Of a stretch of DNA of 64,000 nucleotides, positions 7,720 to 16,481 are shown in pieces. Position numbers and translations under genes: made by a program. Within the stretch, counting starts at the first letter, position 1; each line of letters begins with the position of its first letter. The DNA lies in assembly GCA_013791785.1 (NCBI GenBank), contig VMTD01000061.1:898-64897 (forward strand). The letters run 5' to 3'. The notes beneath the pieces were generated by a model. It had not been told where the DNA came from. It saw nothing but the letters and a program-made list of their open reading frames with translations, and made no database searches. The DNA is from Methanobacteriota archaeon. Lineage in GTDB: Archaea; Thermoplasmatota; Thermoplasmata; SG8-5.

Positions 7720-8370
7720 ACATATGCCCCATTTATAGGATTGAAGGTATTTAAGGGTTTTGGCGGGGTTATTCCCCTGTTGCCCTTGAGATGAGAAATA
7801 CGCGGAAGGGTATATGTGGAAGCGGAGGGGGTGGGCGAAAGTACGGGGGCAGGGACTTGGCCGGGATGGCTGGAAGCGGCCGCTTGGGGGTTGGCCGGTG
7901 CCGGAGCCCTGGGGCCGGGTTGTGCGCCGGTTTAAGCTAACCCCGCCCTTCGCTTCGCTCAGACGGGGCTTTTAAAGAATGATGCGGTAATCGTGTCACA
8001 CGACATCGAATTTTATGGATTCGATGGCGGGTACCCCGCCCTCCAGATAAAATGAGAAGGGATTCAGACGGGGCATGATGGGGATGAGCGGTGTGGGGGG
8101 CGCTTTTTTGGTCGGCGCTATTTCAGGAAAGATGGTCCGCAACATCCCCATACCTCGACATACAAGCCAGCACGTCATTTGGCATGCAGCATGCCCCGCC
8201 TGTGAGGGCGGGGTTTTATACTATTCTGGCATCAAGTGATATTCTTCCAAACAAATGATGCATTTTGCATTCTTCAACTGTCAAACCTCGCCTGTAAGGG
8301 CGGGGTGACGACGGCACCCCATCAAGCCGACAATTGGGAGACGGCCGCGCGCCCCCAGCCAGCCACGCCA
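7720..8370. other. 650-bp GC/G-rich region without a credible ORF. It carries TATA-like direct repeats at its 5' end and GC palindromes including a hairpin plus T-run at 8194-8219, and is a candidate ncRNA locus.
   Basis: There are no long ORFs. ccatttatagga occurs twice (7709-7720 and 7739-7750). Palindromes of the form CCCGCC-N5-6-GGCGGG lie at about 8032, 8194 and 8288, and family D repeats at 7870-7952. Confidence 0.4.
8194..8219 (+). terminator. Intrinsic-terminator-like hairpin (ccccgcc tgtgag ggcgggg) followed by TTTTAT.
   Basis: A perfect 7-bp GC stem is followed by a T-run. There is no upstream protein gene on this strand for about 500 bp. Confidence 0.4.
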
Positions 8371-8874
8371 CTACACAAAAAGGTTTTGCGCCTCGATTAC
8401 CTGGGCCGCGTCCTCCGCCTTCTCATACTCCTCCAGCGGCTCCCTGTTCAGTTCCAGGAAGGTGTGGCCCCAGGTGAATTTCGAGAGGAGCATCTCGGCC
8501 TGTTCCCTGTAGCCCAGGATTATGAGCGCTGCTGCGAACGCCTCTACGCTGGAGAGGATGAACGGCTTTCCGTAATTCACTGGGTTTGCGGCAACTAAGA
8601 ATGGTAGCGCCCTCTGCCTGGATGATTTTATTCCGGTAGGAAAATCATCCCCTGTCTCCTTCCAGGAAAGGTCAAGAACTGCGATGCCGGACTTCCTGGC
8701 GACATCCAGATCGTCCTTTGAAATGACCTTGCTGGTGGTGGGCATGAGGACCAGCGATGCGAACGGTAGCTTATTGAGATTTTTCACCTGTCTTGCAAGG
8801 TCGAACCTGGCCAGCTTCCGTCCGGAGCATTTTTTCGGGTCGCATTGCTTTCCGTCGTAGAAATAGAGGGGTAT
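8371..8874 (-). CDS. tsr3: Tsr3-family 16S/18S rRNA aminocarboxypropyltransferase. The conserved N-terminus lacks a canonical start codon.
   Basis: The DPKKCSGRKLARF and VEAFAAALIILG signatures are present. The conserved region extends upstream of the GTG used by the ORF track. Between the in-frame stop at 8923-8925 and that GTG there are only ATA/ATT candidates (for example ATA at 8872-8874, which would give an N-terminus MPLYFYDGKQCDPKKC). Confidence 0.6.
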   Translation of the reverse strand: MPLYFYDGKQCDPKKCSGRKLARFDLARQVKNLNKLPFASLVLMPTTSKVISKDDLDVARKSGIAVLDLSWKETGDDFPTGIKSSRQRALPFLVAANPVNYGKPFILSSVEAFAAALIILGYREQAEMLLSKFTWGHTFLELNREPLEEYEKAEDAAQVIEAQNLFV

Positions 8875-8961
8875 CTGGTCCTGTGTTATGGGTTCACTTC
8901 CGTTCTTTGGAATGGCGGGTGATTATAAATATGTTCGTGAAACCCGGAAAATCAGGACACA

Positions 8962-8970
8962 ATTTCAGGG
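8962..8970 (+). promoter_or_regulatory. TATA-box-like element (attataaac) upstream of gap.
   Basis: Its position is about 50 nt upstream of the GAPDH ATG at 9022. Confidence 0.3.
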
Positions 8971-9021
8971 CGGATGCATACAGATTATAAACATGAAATC
9001 CTATTCCGGGCCGGTGAGCAA

Positions 9022-10065
9022 ATGCCTGTGAAAGTTGCAATCAACGGATACGGAACAATCGGAAAGCGCGTGGCCGATGCCGTGCGCCAGCAGGATGACA
9101 TGGAGATTGTCGGGGTAGTCAAGAGACGCCCCACGTTCGAGGCCACGGATGCAATGCGGGAAGGTTACCCCTTCTACGCCGCTTCAAAGGAGAACATTCC
9201 GGACCTGGAGAATGCCGGAATAAAGGTTGAAGGCGTTCTCACTGACCTACTGGAGATGGCAGACATAGTGATTGACTGCACTCCCAAGAAGGCAGATTAC
9301 AAAACGCTCTATGAGAAACACAACGTCAAGGCCATCTGGCAGGGCGGCGAGAAACACGCACTTACAGGATTATCTTTCAATGCAATGGCGAATTACGAAG
9401 AGGCAATAGGCAAGCAGTTCGCCAGAGTGGTCTCCTGCAACACCACGGGGCTGTGCCGGACTCTTTACCCGATCAACGAGAAAATCGGCATCGAGAACGT
9501 CGAAGCCGTCATGATCCGCAGGGCTGCGGACCCCTGGGACACCAAGACCGGGCCGATAAATGCCATAGAGCCGGAAGTGAAAGTGCCCAGCCACCACGGA
9601 CCGGACGTTAAGACGGTCATGAAGGGCCTGAAAATCCAGACCATGGCCGTGAAAGTTCCAACCACTCTGATGCATCTGCACACAGTGGTTGTCACGCTGA
9701 AAAAGGAAGTGAGCAGCCAGGAAGTTCTGGACATCTGGGCAGCGACCCCCAGAGTACTGTTCTTCAGCACTGCCAACGGCATAAAATCCACCGCCCAGGT
9801 AATGGAGTGGGCCAAGGACACGGGCAGAAAGAGAGGCGATTTGTTTGAAATCGCAGTCTGGAAGGACGGCGTTCATGCAGTGAATGACCGGGACGAGAAC
9901 GTGAAGGATTTCGGCAGGATGCTGTACTACTCCCAGGCGATACATCAGGAGAGCGACGTGATACCGGAAAACATAGACTGCATAAGGGCCATGTGCGAAC
10001 TGGAAACAGACAAGCTGAAATCCATAAAGAAAACTGACGATGCAATGGGCATGCTGAAGGTGTGA
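9022..10065 (+). CDS. gap: Glyceraldehyde-3-phosphate dehydrogenase, archaeal type II.
   Basis: N-terminus [18 protein letters not shown], the catalytic SCNTTGL motif and a length of about 347 aa. The start was trimmed from 8974 to the conserved Met. Confidence 0.9.
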   Translation: MPVKVAINGYGTIGKRVADAVRQQDDMEIVGVVKRRPTFEATDAMREGYPFYAASKENIPDLENAGIKVEGVLTDLLEMADIVIDCTPKKADYKTLYEKHNVKAIWQGGEKHALTGLSFNAMANYEEAIGKQFARVVSCNTTGLCRTLYPINEKIGIENVEAVMIRRAADPWDTKTGPINAIEPEVKVPSHHGPDVKTVMKGLKIQTMAVKVPTTLMHLHTVVVTLKKEVSSQEVLDIWAATPRVLFFSTANGIKSTAQVMEWAKDTGRKRGDLFEIAVWKDGVHAVNDRDENVKDFGRMLYYSQAIHQESDVIPENIDCIRAMCELETDKLKSIKKTDDAMGMLKV

Positions 10066-10646
10066 ACATGATTACCGAGAAAGACGTTGAAAAGCTCTTC
10101 GGAGCGTATCTGAAACAGATAAAGAACAAGAAGATGCGCGACATGACCGTGAAGGTATGGGTCGACGGATGCAAGCAGGGCGGCTGGACCACTGTCAAGC
10201 AACTGGAGAAGATGCCATACACTCTTCTGACAGAGACTTACGGCATCAATTTCATAGAGCACACCATCGCCGTAACGAGAGGCGCAATGGAACTCGCCAA
10301 GGCCCAGCTGGACACCTACAGGAAAATGCCTTACAAGATAGACATGGACCGATTGATTGTCGGCGGTCTGCTGCATGACATAGGAAAGCTGGTGGAGACA
10401 GAGCCGGACGGAAAGGGCGGGTACAGGAAGAGCCATGCAGGAAAATGCCTCCGGCATCCGGTGTCCGGAACCGTCATGGTCAAGATGGCCGGATTTTCTG
10501 ACGAGATAGCCAACACCATAGCATGCCACGCCAAGGAGGGCGAGGGCGCACCCCAGTGCATCGAGACAGTGTTCATCCATCAGGCTGATTTCGCTACGTT
10601 CAACCCGCTGGTCATGATGAACGGCGGAAAGCTGATACAGGAGTAA
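10062..10646 (+). CDS. HD-domain phosphohydrolase.
   Basis: It has an H...HD...D motif (GLLHDIGK). Its start overlaps the gap stop as ATGA, and its TAA stop lies inside the palindromic element. Confidence 0.7.
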   Translation: MNMITEKDVEKLFGAYLKQIKNKKMRDMTVKVWVDGCKQGGWTTVKQLEKMPYTLLTETYGINFIEHTIAVTRGAMELAKAQLDTYRKMPYKIDMDRLIVGGLLHDIGKLVETEPDGKGGYRKSHAGKCLRHPVSGTVMVKMAGFSDEIANTIACHAKEGEGAPQCIETVFIHQADFATFNPLVMMNGGKLIQE

Positions 10647-10698
10647 ACTACCAGCCCCTAAAGTGGCTGGCGTTTGTTGCCAGGGCTGGAAGTTTACT
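10643..10698. repeat. Family A palindromic element, copy 2 (56 bp): gtaaactaccagcccctaaagtggctggcgtttgttgccagggctggaagtttac.
   Basis: The arms GTAAACTACCAGCCC and GGGCTGGAAGTTTAC are inverted repeats. The left GTAAAC contains the TAA stop of the HD gene on the plus strand. The right GTTTAC contains, on the minus strand, the TAA stop of the methyltransferase gene. Confidence 0.85.
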
Positions 10699-11407
10699 TC
10701 TCCTGTTTGAGGCGCTTCACGACCTTCACGGCCCGGCTGAAAACGCCGGCCAGGGTGTGGAATTCGTTCGACGAGAGCCCGGCCCTTGCCACTATCTTGC
10801 GGAACATTACCTTGGTCTTCTCTTTCTTGTAGGGCTGGTATGTTATCTCTTCCAGAAGGTCGGCAAAAAGTTTGTTCATGACCTTCTTTTCCTTGGAACC
10901 GGCAAACGTTTTCACTCTGGTTGATTTTGGGGGGCTGAACAGTTCATAGAATAGGATTGTCGCGGCATGGGAGAGGTTCAGAATCGGATTAATCTCGTGA
11001 GTGGGAATTGTCACCAGAATGTCGCAATTCTTCAGCTCTTCATTGAGCAGGCCCCTGTCCTCGCGACCAAATAATAAACCAACTCGGCCGGTTTTACTGG
11101 CCATGAAAGTTGCCAGCTGCTTCGGGGTTATCGGTTCCCTGAGAAACTTTCTGTTGCTGTCTGTGGGCTTTCCGGTACTTCCGACAATGATGTCCGCCAT
11201 ATCCAGTGCTTCACTGAGCTCATTGACGACCATTGCATTCTCCAGGATGTAGCGGCCGTGTTTGGAATACCGGTAAGCATCGTCCCCCAGTTCGCACGGG
11301 TTGACCAGCACAAGGTGTCCCAGGTCAAAATTGCTCATGGCCCTGGCTACCGAGCCTATGTTGCCAGGAAATTTCGGCTCCATCAGGATGACTATGTATT
11401 CGGGCAT
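10694..11407 (-). CDS. SpoU/TrmH-family RNA 2'-O-methyltransferase (TrmJ-like).
   Basis: SPOUT motifs are present (GNIGSVARAM and LLFGREDRGL...HAATILFYE). Confidence 0.8.
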   Translation of the reverse strand: MPEYIVILMEPKFPGNIGSVARAMSNFDLGHLVLVNPCELGDDAYRYSKHGRYILENAMVVNELSEALDMADIIVGSTGKPTDSNRKFLREPITPKQLATFMASKTGRVGLLFGREDRGLLNEELKNCDILVTIPTHEINPILNLSHAATILFYELFSPPKSTRVKTFAGSKEKKVMNKLFADLLEEITYQPYKKEKTKVMFRKIVARAGLSSNEFHTLAGVFSRAVKVVKRLKQEK

Positions 11408-11455
11408 CGCCTCCCCATAGAATCGGATTTATAAATATAAGCCCTTCACCGGCCA

Positions 11456-12253
11456 ATGAGATATGCCATAAAGTTCGCCTACGATGGCTCGAAGTTCGAC
11501 GGATATGCAAGACAGCCAGGGAAAAGAACCGTGGAAGGGGACATCATAAAAGCCATGAAGTTCCTTGGCATGATAGAGAGCGTCGGAAAGAGCAGACTGG
11601 AAGGCGCAAGCAGGACCGACCGAGGCGTCAGCGCCGCGGGCAACGTGATAGCACTGGACACGGAATTCAGGGGCGATGCAATACTCAAGGCGCTGAATTC
11701 CAACCTGGAGGGGATTGTCTGCCACGGCATCGCAGACGTCCCGGACGATTTCAACCCGAGACATGCCAGACAGAGATGGTATCGTTACTTTTTTCAAGCC
11801 GACGGGCTGCCGCCGACAGATGAGCTGGAAAAGGCCGCGGCATACTTCACCGGGAAACACGATTTCAGGGTATTTTCCAAAAAGGACGCAGACAAGAACA
11901 CCGTACTGGCTATAGATTCCATAGAATTCTCGAAGCGCGGCAAATTTATAATAGTCGACATCAGGGCCCACAGATTCCTCTGGGAGCTGGTCAGGCGGCT
12001 GCTCTCGGCAATACTGGAAACGGCGAACGACAGGCTCGGCCCGGACATGGCAGAGGAGATGCTGGCAGGGATCAGGCATTACCCGAGGGGGCTGAAACCG
12101 CTGCCGCCGGAATTCCTGGTGCTGATGGACGTTATTTATGATTTTGAGTTTGAACATCCTGTTGCGGCCCCGGATTATTTCGGGGATGAGGCCAGATACC
12201 TGAAACAGCGGTCCGATGTAATGAAAGAGATATCGGAAATTATCCGCGTTTAA
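11456..12253 (+). CDS. truA: tRNA pseudouridine(38-40) synthase TruA.
   Basis: N-terminus MRYAIKFAYDGSKFDGYARQPG with the catalytic motif RTDRGVSAAGNV. Confidence 0.85.
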   Translation: MRYAIKFAYDGSKFDGYARQPGKRTVEGDIIKAMKFLGMIESVGKSRLEGASRTDRGVSAAGNVIALDTEFRGDAILKALNSNLEGIVCHGIADVPDDFNPRHARQRWYRYFFQADGLPPTDELEKAAAYFTGKHDFRVFSKKDADKNTVLAIDSIEFSKRGKFIIVDIRAHRFLWELVRRLLSAILETANDRLGPDMAEEMLAGIRHYPRGLKPLPPEFLVLMDVIYDFEFEHPVAAPDYFGDEARYLKQRSDVMKEISEIIRV

Positions 12254-13532
12254 GCGGCTTGGATATATGCCGCCTGGCGCCCACCGGCGGCTCGTACCAG
12301 CCGGTTTTCAGGCCTCTGTCCAGCACCTCAAATTCCGCATCGGAGTTCTTGGCCTTCTTCCCGCACCTGGCGCACTTGTAGCCTTGGCCTTTTCCGACGG
12401 ATTTCATGCGCTTGTTGCATTTTCCGCAGAGGGGGTTGGCCTTCTTTTCAATAACAGTGGCCAGTTCCTCGACAAACAGCTTTTCCACGTTTATGGTGAA
12501 AGGAGATTCCCGGACTGCGCCCATGACCGTTATGACATCGCCTGGCCGAAGTTTCTCGCCCACATGACGGAAGTTCTTCGCAGGCTCGTAGACGGTGCAA
12601 TCGACAGTTTTCTTGCCGTTGGTAATGGGGAAGATGAGATGGCCGCCCCCGATTATCCTGGGCATGCCGGCAATCGTCCCACGAATTCTGGCGGACGTGA
12701 ACGGACGCAAATTGGAGATGCTGGCATTGATTATGTGATCGTCCGTGCCCTGATTGGTGAGGAATATGAGCCAACGACCGATTATTTCCGATTTCACGGT
12801 GTTCATGGCCGCCGGAAGGTAATCCGGCGCATTTCCGCGAATGCCGTAAAGAATGGGGCAGGGTGAGCTGGGAGAGAAGGCAACGTGCTTTTCCTCGTAA
12901 TCATAATTATTGAACGTGCCCGGAAATTTCTTATCCATGGCGATGACGCTGGCCGCCTCCACCTTCCTAGGGGTGCCCCACTTTTTCGGTTCCCGGTAGG
13001 CAATCAGTTCATACGTCCGGTCGAGCGGACGCCAGGCCATGGCCGATACCGCGCCGATGAGTCCACGTCGGTTCTTCCAGCCGTGGCAGAACTTGGGGTT
13101 GGCGTGTTCCAGGTGCGGCCCTAGTTTGACGACTTCTCTCACAGCCTTCCAGTACAGGTCCGCAGGTGGCTTGTGAGCCGATATTGCCAGGCCGGGGTTG
13201 GTCTTGGGGTCCTCAAACATTGCCAGCCTCTCTATCAGCGCGGTAGCCCTTTTGAAATGCGCTTTCTCCGGTTCAGCGTCTCTGCCGGTACCGTAGCAGA
13301 CCAATTCCTTGCCGTCAATATTGCCAATGACCCTGGGGTTGCCAGTGCCTTTTCCCAGACGAACACAGATTGCCGCGTTCCCGCGGGTCTTCCAGGGGAC
13401 ATTGGGATTAAGCCGCACCAGCCTTGGAAATCCTATTAAATCGAAATCAGAAAATTCCCTGATAAGTTCAGTAGCCAGATAGGTTGTGCACATGCCTTCC
13501 GTCGAGTCCGTATCATCAACGCCGACGTACAT
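12240..13532 (-). CDS. tiaS: tRNA(Ile2) 2-agmatinylcytidine synthetase TiaS.
   Basis: MYVGVDDTDSTEGMCTTYL is the TiaS N-terminal kinase-like signature. The protein is 430 aa with a C-terminal zinc ribbon. Confidence 0.85.
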   Translation of the reverse strand: MYVGVDDTDSTEGMCTTYLATELIREFSDFDLIGFPRLVRLNPNVPWKTRGNAAICVRLGKGTGNPRVIGNIDGKELVCYGTGRDAEPEKAHFKRATALIERLAMFEDPKTNPGLAISAHKPPADLYWKAVREVVKLGPHLEHANPKFCHGWKNRRGLIGAVSAMAWRPLDRTYELIAYREPKKWGTPRKVEAASVIAMDKKFPGTFNNYDYEEKHVAFSPSSPCPILYGIRGNAPDYLPAAMNTVKSEIIGRWLIFLTNQGTDDHIINASISNLRPFTSARIRGTIAGMPRIIGGGHLIFPITNGKKTVDCTVYEPAKNFRHVGEKLRPGDVITVMGAVRESPFTINVEKLFVEELATVIEKKANPLCGKCNKRMKSVGKGQGYKCARCGKKAKNSDAEFEVLDRGLKTGWYEPPVGARRHISKPLKRG

Positions 13533-13536
13533 GTGC

Positions 13537-14460
13537 TCACTTCCAGATATCGTATGATTGGCCGCAGGCGCATTCTATTATCTTTTCATTCGCCGGGTTC
13601 TTCCCGTCCTTGGCATAGCTTTCCCCGAGGCGGCGGCGGCATTTCGGGCATCTGGCCGCTTCCTTCATGAAGAACTCAAGCCAAGCCTTGCGCACGTCCG
13701 GTTCCGTTTCGTTCTCTATCTTCTCCAGCACCTGCAAATCTTCCGGTCTCAGGGCCATCTTTCTCAGCAGGTCAAAATCCAGGTAGGCTTTCTTTTTCAA
13801 GGTCGCTTTCCTGACCAATATCGGCGCCAGGAATATGCCGCAGACAATGCCGCCCACGTGGGCTATGTGCGCTGTCCCGTCATCCACGGCCATGGCCACC
13901 AGTATCGTTTCCATTACGAACATTATCCCGACGGCGGCCCAGACAGGCGCCCTCATGCTGAAAATGGGGCCCAGGAACATGGGAATCCTGTCTCTGGGAT
14001 ACAGAATCAGGAGCGCCCCTCCGATGCCGAATATGGCCCCGGAGGCGCCCAGCAAATATGTATAGGCTGACATGTGGAATAGCCAGAACAGCATGGTAGC
14101 CGCAATTCCCGTGACCAGGTAGATTATCCCCCAGTTCTTCGAGCCGATGCGCTCCTCCAGGGGAAGTCCTATGAGGTAGAGAACAAGAACGTTGCCGATG
14201 AGATGGAACGGATGGGCATGCATGAACATGGAAGTGAAAATCGTGTGGATGTACAGCGGGTCCCCGAACTTCGAGGGCATGAAAGTGAATGCGTTAATCA
14301 TGTCATTGTGCAGGGGGCTCGCCATGTTATCCAGAACGAAAACATAGATGAAGATGAAGAAATTGGCTATCACCATTACCTGGGTGAGATAGGCTTTTCG
14401 CCACCAGGCATAAGCCAACGAGCCGATAATGATGGCCGGTATCGGAATGTATTCAAGCAT
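13537..14460 (-). CDS. Rhomboid-family intramembrane serine protease with a C-terminal zinc ribbon.
   Basis: GASGAIFG (catalytic Ser) and AHVGG (His) motifs, multiple TM segments, and a CPKC...CAC tail. Confidence 0.8.
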   Translation of the reverse strand: MLEYIPIPAIIIGSLAYAWWRKAYLTQVMVIANFFIFIYVFVLDNMASPLHNDMINAFTFMPSKFGDPLYIHTIFTSMFMHAHPFHLIGNVLVLYLIGLPLEERIGSKNWGIIYLVTGIAATMLFWLFHMSAYTYLLGASGAIFGIGGALLILYPRDRIPMFLGPIFSMRAPVWAAVGIMFVMETILVAMAVDDGTAHIAHVGGIVCGIFLAPILVRKATLKKKAYLDFDLLRKMALRPEDLQVLEKIENETEPDVRKAWLEFFMKEAARCPKCRRRLGESYAKDGKNPANEKIIECACGQSYDIWK

Positions 14461-14532
14461 CTATTGGCTTTAATCGCAGATTTGATTTAAAGGTAACGTT
14501 CGAATTATATAATCCGGTAGCAATTCGGTTCC

Positions 14533-15129
14533 GTGGATTCCGACAGCACAATCCAGATAGAATCATGTGCCCGTGTCTACCCCCCCGCCGAGGACACCTA
14601 CCTGCTCTTATCCGCAGTTGAGGTTAGCGAGGGCCAGCGTGTCCTGGAGATGGGAACGGGAAGCGGCATCATTGCCCTCCATTGCGCCAAGGCCGGGTGC
14701 CGGACCACTGCTGCGGACATATCCCCGGATGCGGTGAAATGTGCCCGGGAAAATGCCGAAATCAACGGACTGGCAATGGAAATCATCGAATCGGATTTGT
14801 TCGAAAATATTAACGAAAAATTCAATGCGATCATCTTCAACCCGCCGTACCTCTCCGGCCAGGATTCCGAGGGGCTTACCGATTCCGAAAAAAGACCCCT
14901 GGTAGGGGGGGAGAAGGGTCATGAGATATCGGCCAGATTTCTGGAAGTGGCTCCCAGGTTCCTTGCCCCAGGTGGGAGGATATACCTGCTGACCTCGTCC
15001 GAGTCCGAGACGGAAGTCCTGAAAAAGGCCAGGGAACGTTTTTCAATTGCGAAAATTACCGAGAAACGGATATTCTTCGAGACACTGGCCGTGCATATGT
15101 TGAAAATGTTAACGGTGTCTGAGAAATGA
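14533..15129 (+). CDS. HemK/Mtq2-like class I methyltransferase with an NPPY motif.
   Basis: LEMGTGSGIIAL (SAM-binding) and IIFNPPY, typical of N5-glutamine methyltransferases. Confidence 0.75.
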   Translation: MDSDSTIQIESCARVYPPAEDTYLLLSAVEVSEGQRVLEMGTGSGIIALHCAKAGCRTTAADISPDAVKCARENAEINGLAMEIIESDLFENINEKFNAIIFNPPYLSGQDSEGLTDSEKRPLVGGEKGHEISARFLEVAPRFLAPGGRIYLLTSSESETEVLKKARERFSIAKITEKRIFFETLAVHMLKMLTVSEK

Positions 15130-15136
15130 GAGGGCG

Positions 15137-15220
15137 GGGAACTGGGGAATTGGATGGATTTAGGTTGCAAGGGAACTGGGGAATGTGGATGGATTTAGGT
15201 TGCAAGGGAATGGGGAATCG
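15137..15220. repeat. Tandem direct repeat of a 34-bp unit, about 2.4 copies (ggaactggggaat(t/g)tggatggatttaggttgcaag).
   Basis: Direct reading of the intergenic region upstream of arcC. Confidence 0.8.
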
Positions 15221-15365
15221 TACGGAATGGCTGCCAAAAACAGCATTGAACCTGCCACCGATTCCCAACGCTTCAATAACCAACCAGGATTCCCGATTCC
15301 CAAGAGTGGGCAATCCTTAAATAGCCCGTCCAGGATTTAGTGTTTCTCTTAAAAGGGGGTTATTC

Positions 15366-16307
15366 ATGAAGACAGCAATCATCGCCATAGGCGGTAACGC
15401 ACTCATCAAGAAGGGCGAGGAAGGGAATATCTACCAGCAGTTCGCGAATGCGCGGGAGACTTGCGCCAAGCTGCTTAAAGTTGTGGAAATGGGCTATGAT
15501 ATTATTATCACGCACGGCAACGGACCCCAGGTGGGCCATGCCATCAGACGGCACGAGAACGCCAGGAAGATTTTCCCGCCTTACCCGCTGGGCATGTGCG
15601 TCGCCGAGACTGTCGGAAGCATGGGATACATGCTCCAGCAGACGATGCAGAACACGGTGAAGAAATCGAAAGTCGTGAGAAAAGACACTGTCACCATAAT
15701 CACCCAGGTCGTCGTCGACGATGACGACCCCTCATTCCAGAATCCCACAAAACCCATTGGCCAGTTCTTTTCGAAAGAGGACATTGAAAAGATAGCGAAG
15801 GCCGAGAAGTGGGCCGTCATTGAAGATTCGGGCCGGGGCTGGCGCCGCGTTGTGCCGTCGCCCAAACCGTTGCGCATAGTGGAGAAGGATACCATCGGCG
15901 ATTTACTGGCCAAGGGCAAGATAGTCATTGCCTGCGGCGGGGGCGGTTTGCCTGTTATTCAGCTGGAGGACGGGACGCTTGACGGCGTCGAGGCAGTCAT
16001 CGACAAGGATTATGCCTCATCCAAGCTGGCTCAGCAACTTGATCTTGACGAATTGATAATTCTCACCAGCGTGGACAAGGTCTCCCTGAACTTCGGGAAG
16101 CCGGATTACGTCGACCTGGATATCCTCACAGTCGCAGAGGCAAAGAAACACCTGAAGGACGGGCAATTCCCGCCGGGCTCCATGGGACCGAAAATCGAAT
16201 CGGCAATAGAATTCATCGAGAGCGGCGGCAAGAAAGCCGTCATCGCCAGTCACGAGAATCTGGTGGAAGCCATGCGGGGCAAGGCTGGGACTAGGATTGT
16301 GCGGTGA
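15366..16307 (+). CDS. arcC: Carbamate kinase.
   Basis: N-terminus MKTAIIAIGGNAL, amino-acid-kinase fold motifs and a length of 313 aa. Confidence 0.9.
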   Translation: MKTAIIAIGGNALIKKGEEGNIYQQFANARETCAKLLKVVEMGYDIIITHGNGPQVGHAIRRHENARKIFPPYPLGMCVAETVGSMGYMLQQTMQNTVKKSKVVRKDTVTIITQVVVDDDDPSFQNPTKPIGQFFSKEDIEKIAKAEKWAVIEDSGRGWRRVVPSPKPLRIVEKDTIGDLLAKGKIVIACGGGGLPVIQLEDGTLDGVEAVIDKDYASSKLAQQLDLDELIILTSVDKVSLNFGKPDYVDLDILTVAEAKKHLKDGQFPPGSMGPKIESAIEFIESGGKKAVIASHENLVEAMRGKAGTRIVR

Positions 16308-16445
16308 GTGTTACTGCAAAAATGAAGAGAAAGCACAGCCATGCGGGCAAGGCTGGGACCAGGATTGTGCGGTGAGTGTTAGTGGAATAATGAAGAGATA
16401 GCCCAGCCATGCGGGCAAGGCCGGGACCAGGATTGTGCGTTGAAC
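16271..16445. repeat. Tandem repeat of about 68 bp, 2.6 copies. The first copy encodes the last 12 codons of arcC plus its stop.
   Basis: ccatgcgggcaaggctgggaccaggattgtgcggtgagtgtta...gaagag..agc.cag is repeated at 16271, 16340 and, partially, 16407. Confidence 0.8.
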
Positions 16446-16481
16446 GGTAAATTTTAATCACCCTTCCAACTATCCCGGCGC

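Noticed and set aside
7720-8370. RNase P RNA or SRP RNA assignment for the non-coding region
   Set aside because: There are only weak partial matches to the CR-I/CR-V and SRP helix-8 consensus. The region cannot be named from sequence alone and is kept as an unnamed candidate ncRNA.
12267-12866. 199-aa plus-strand ORF
   Set aside because: It is antisense to tiaS, which has a diagnostic N-terminal motif.
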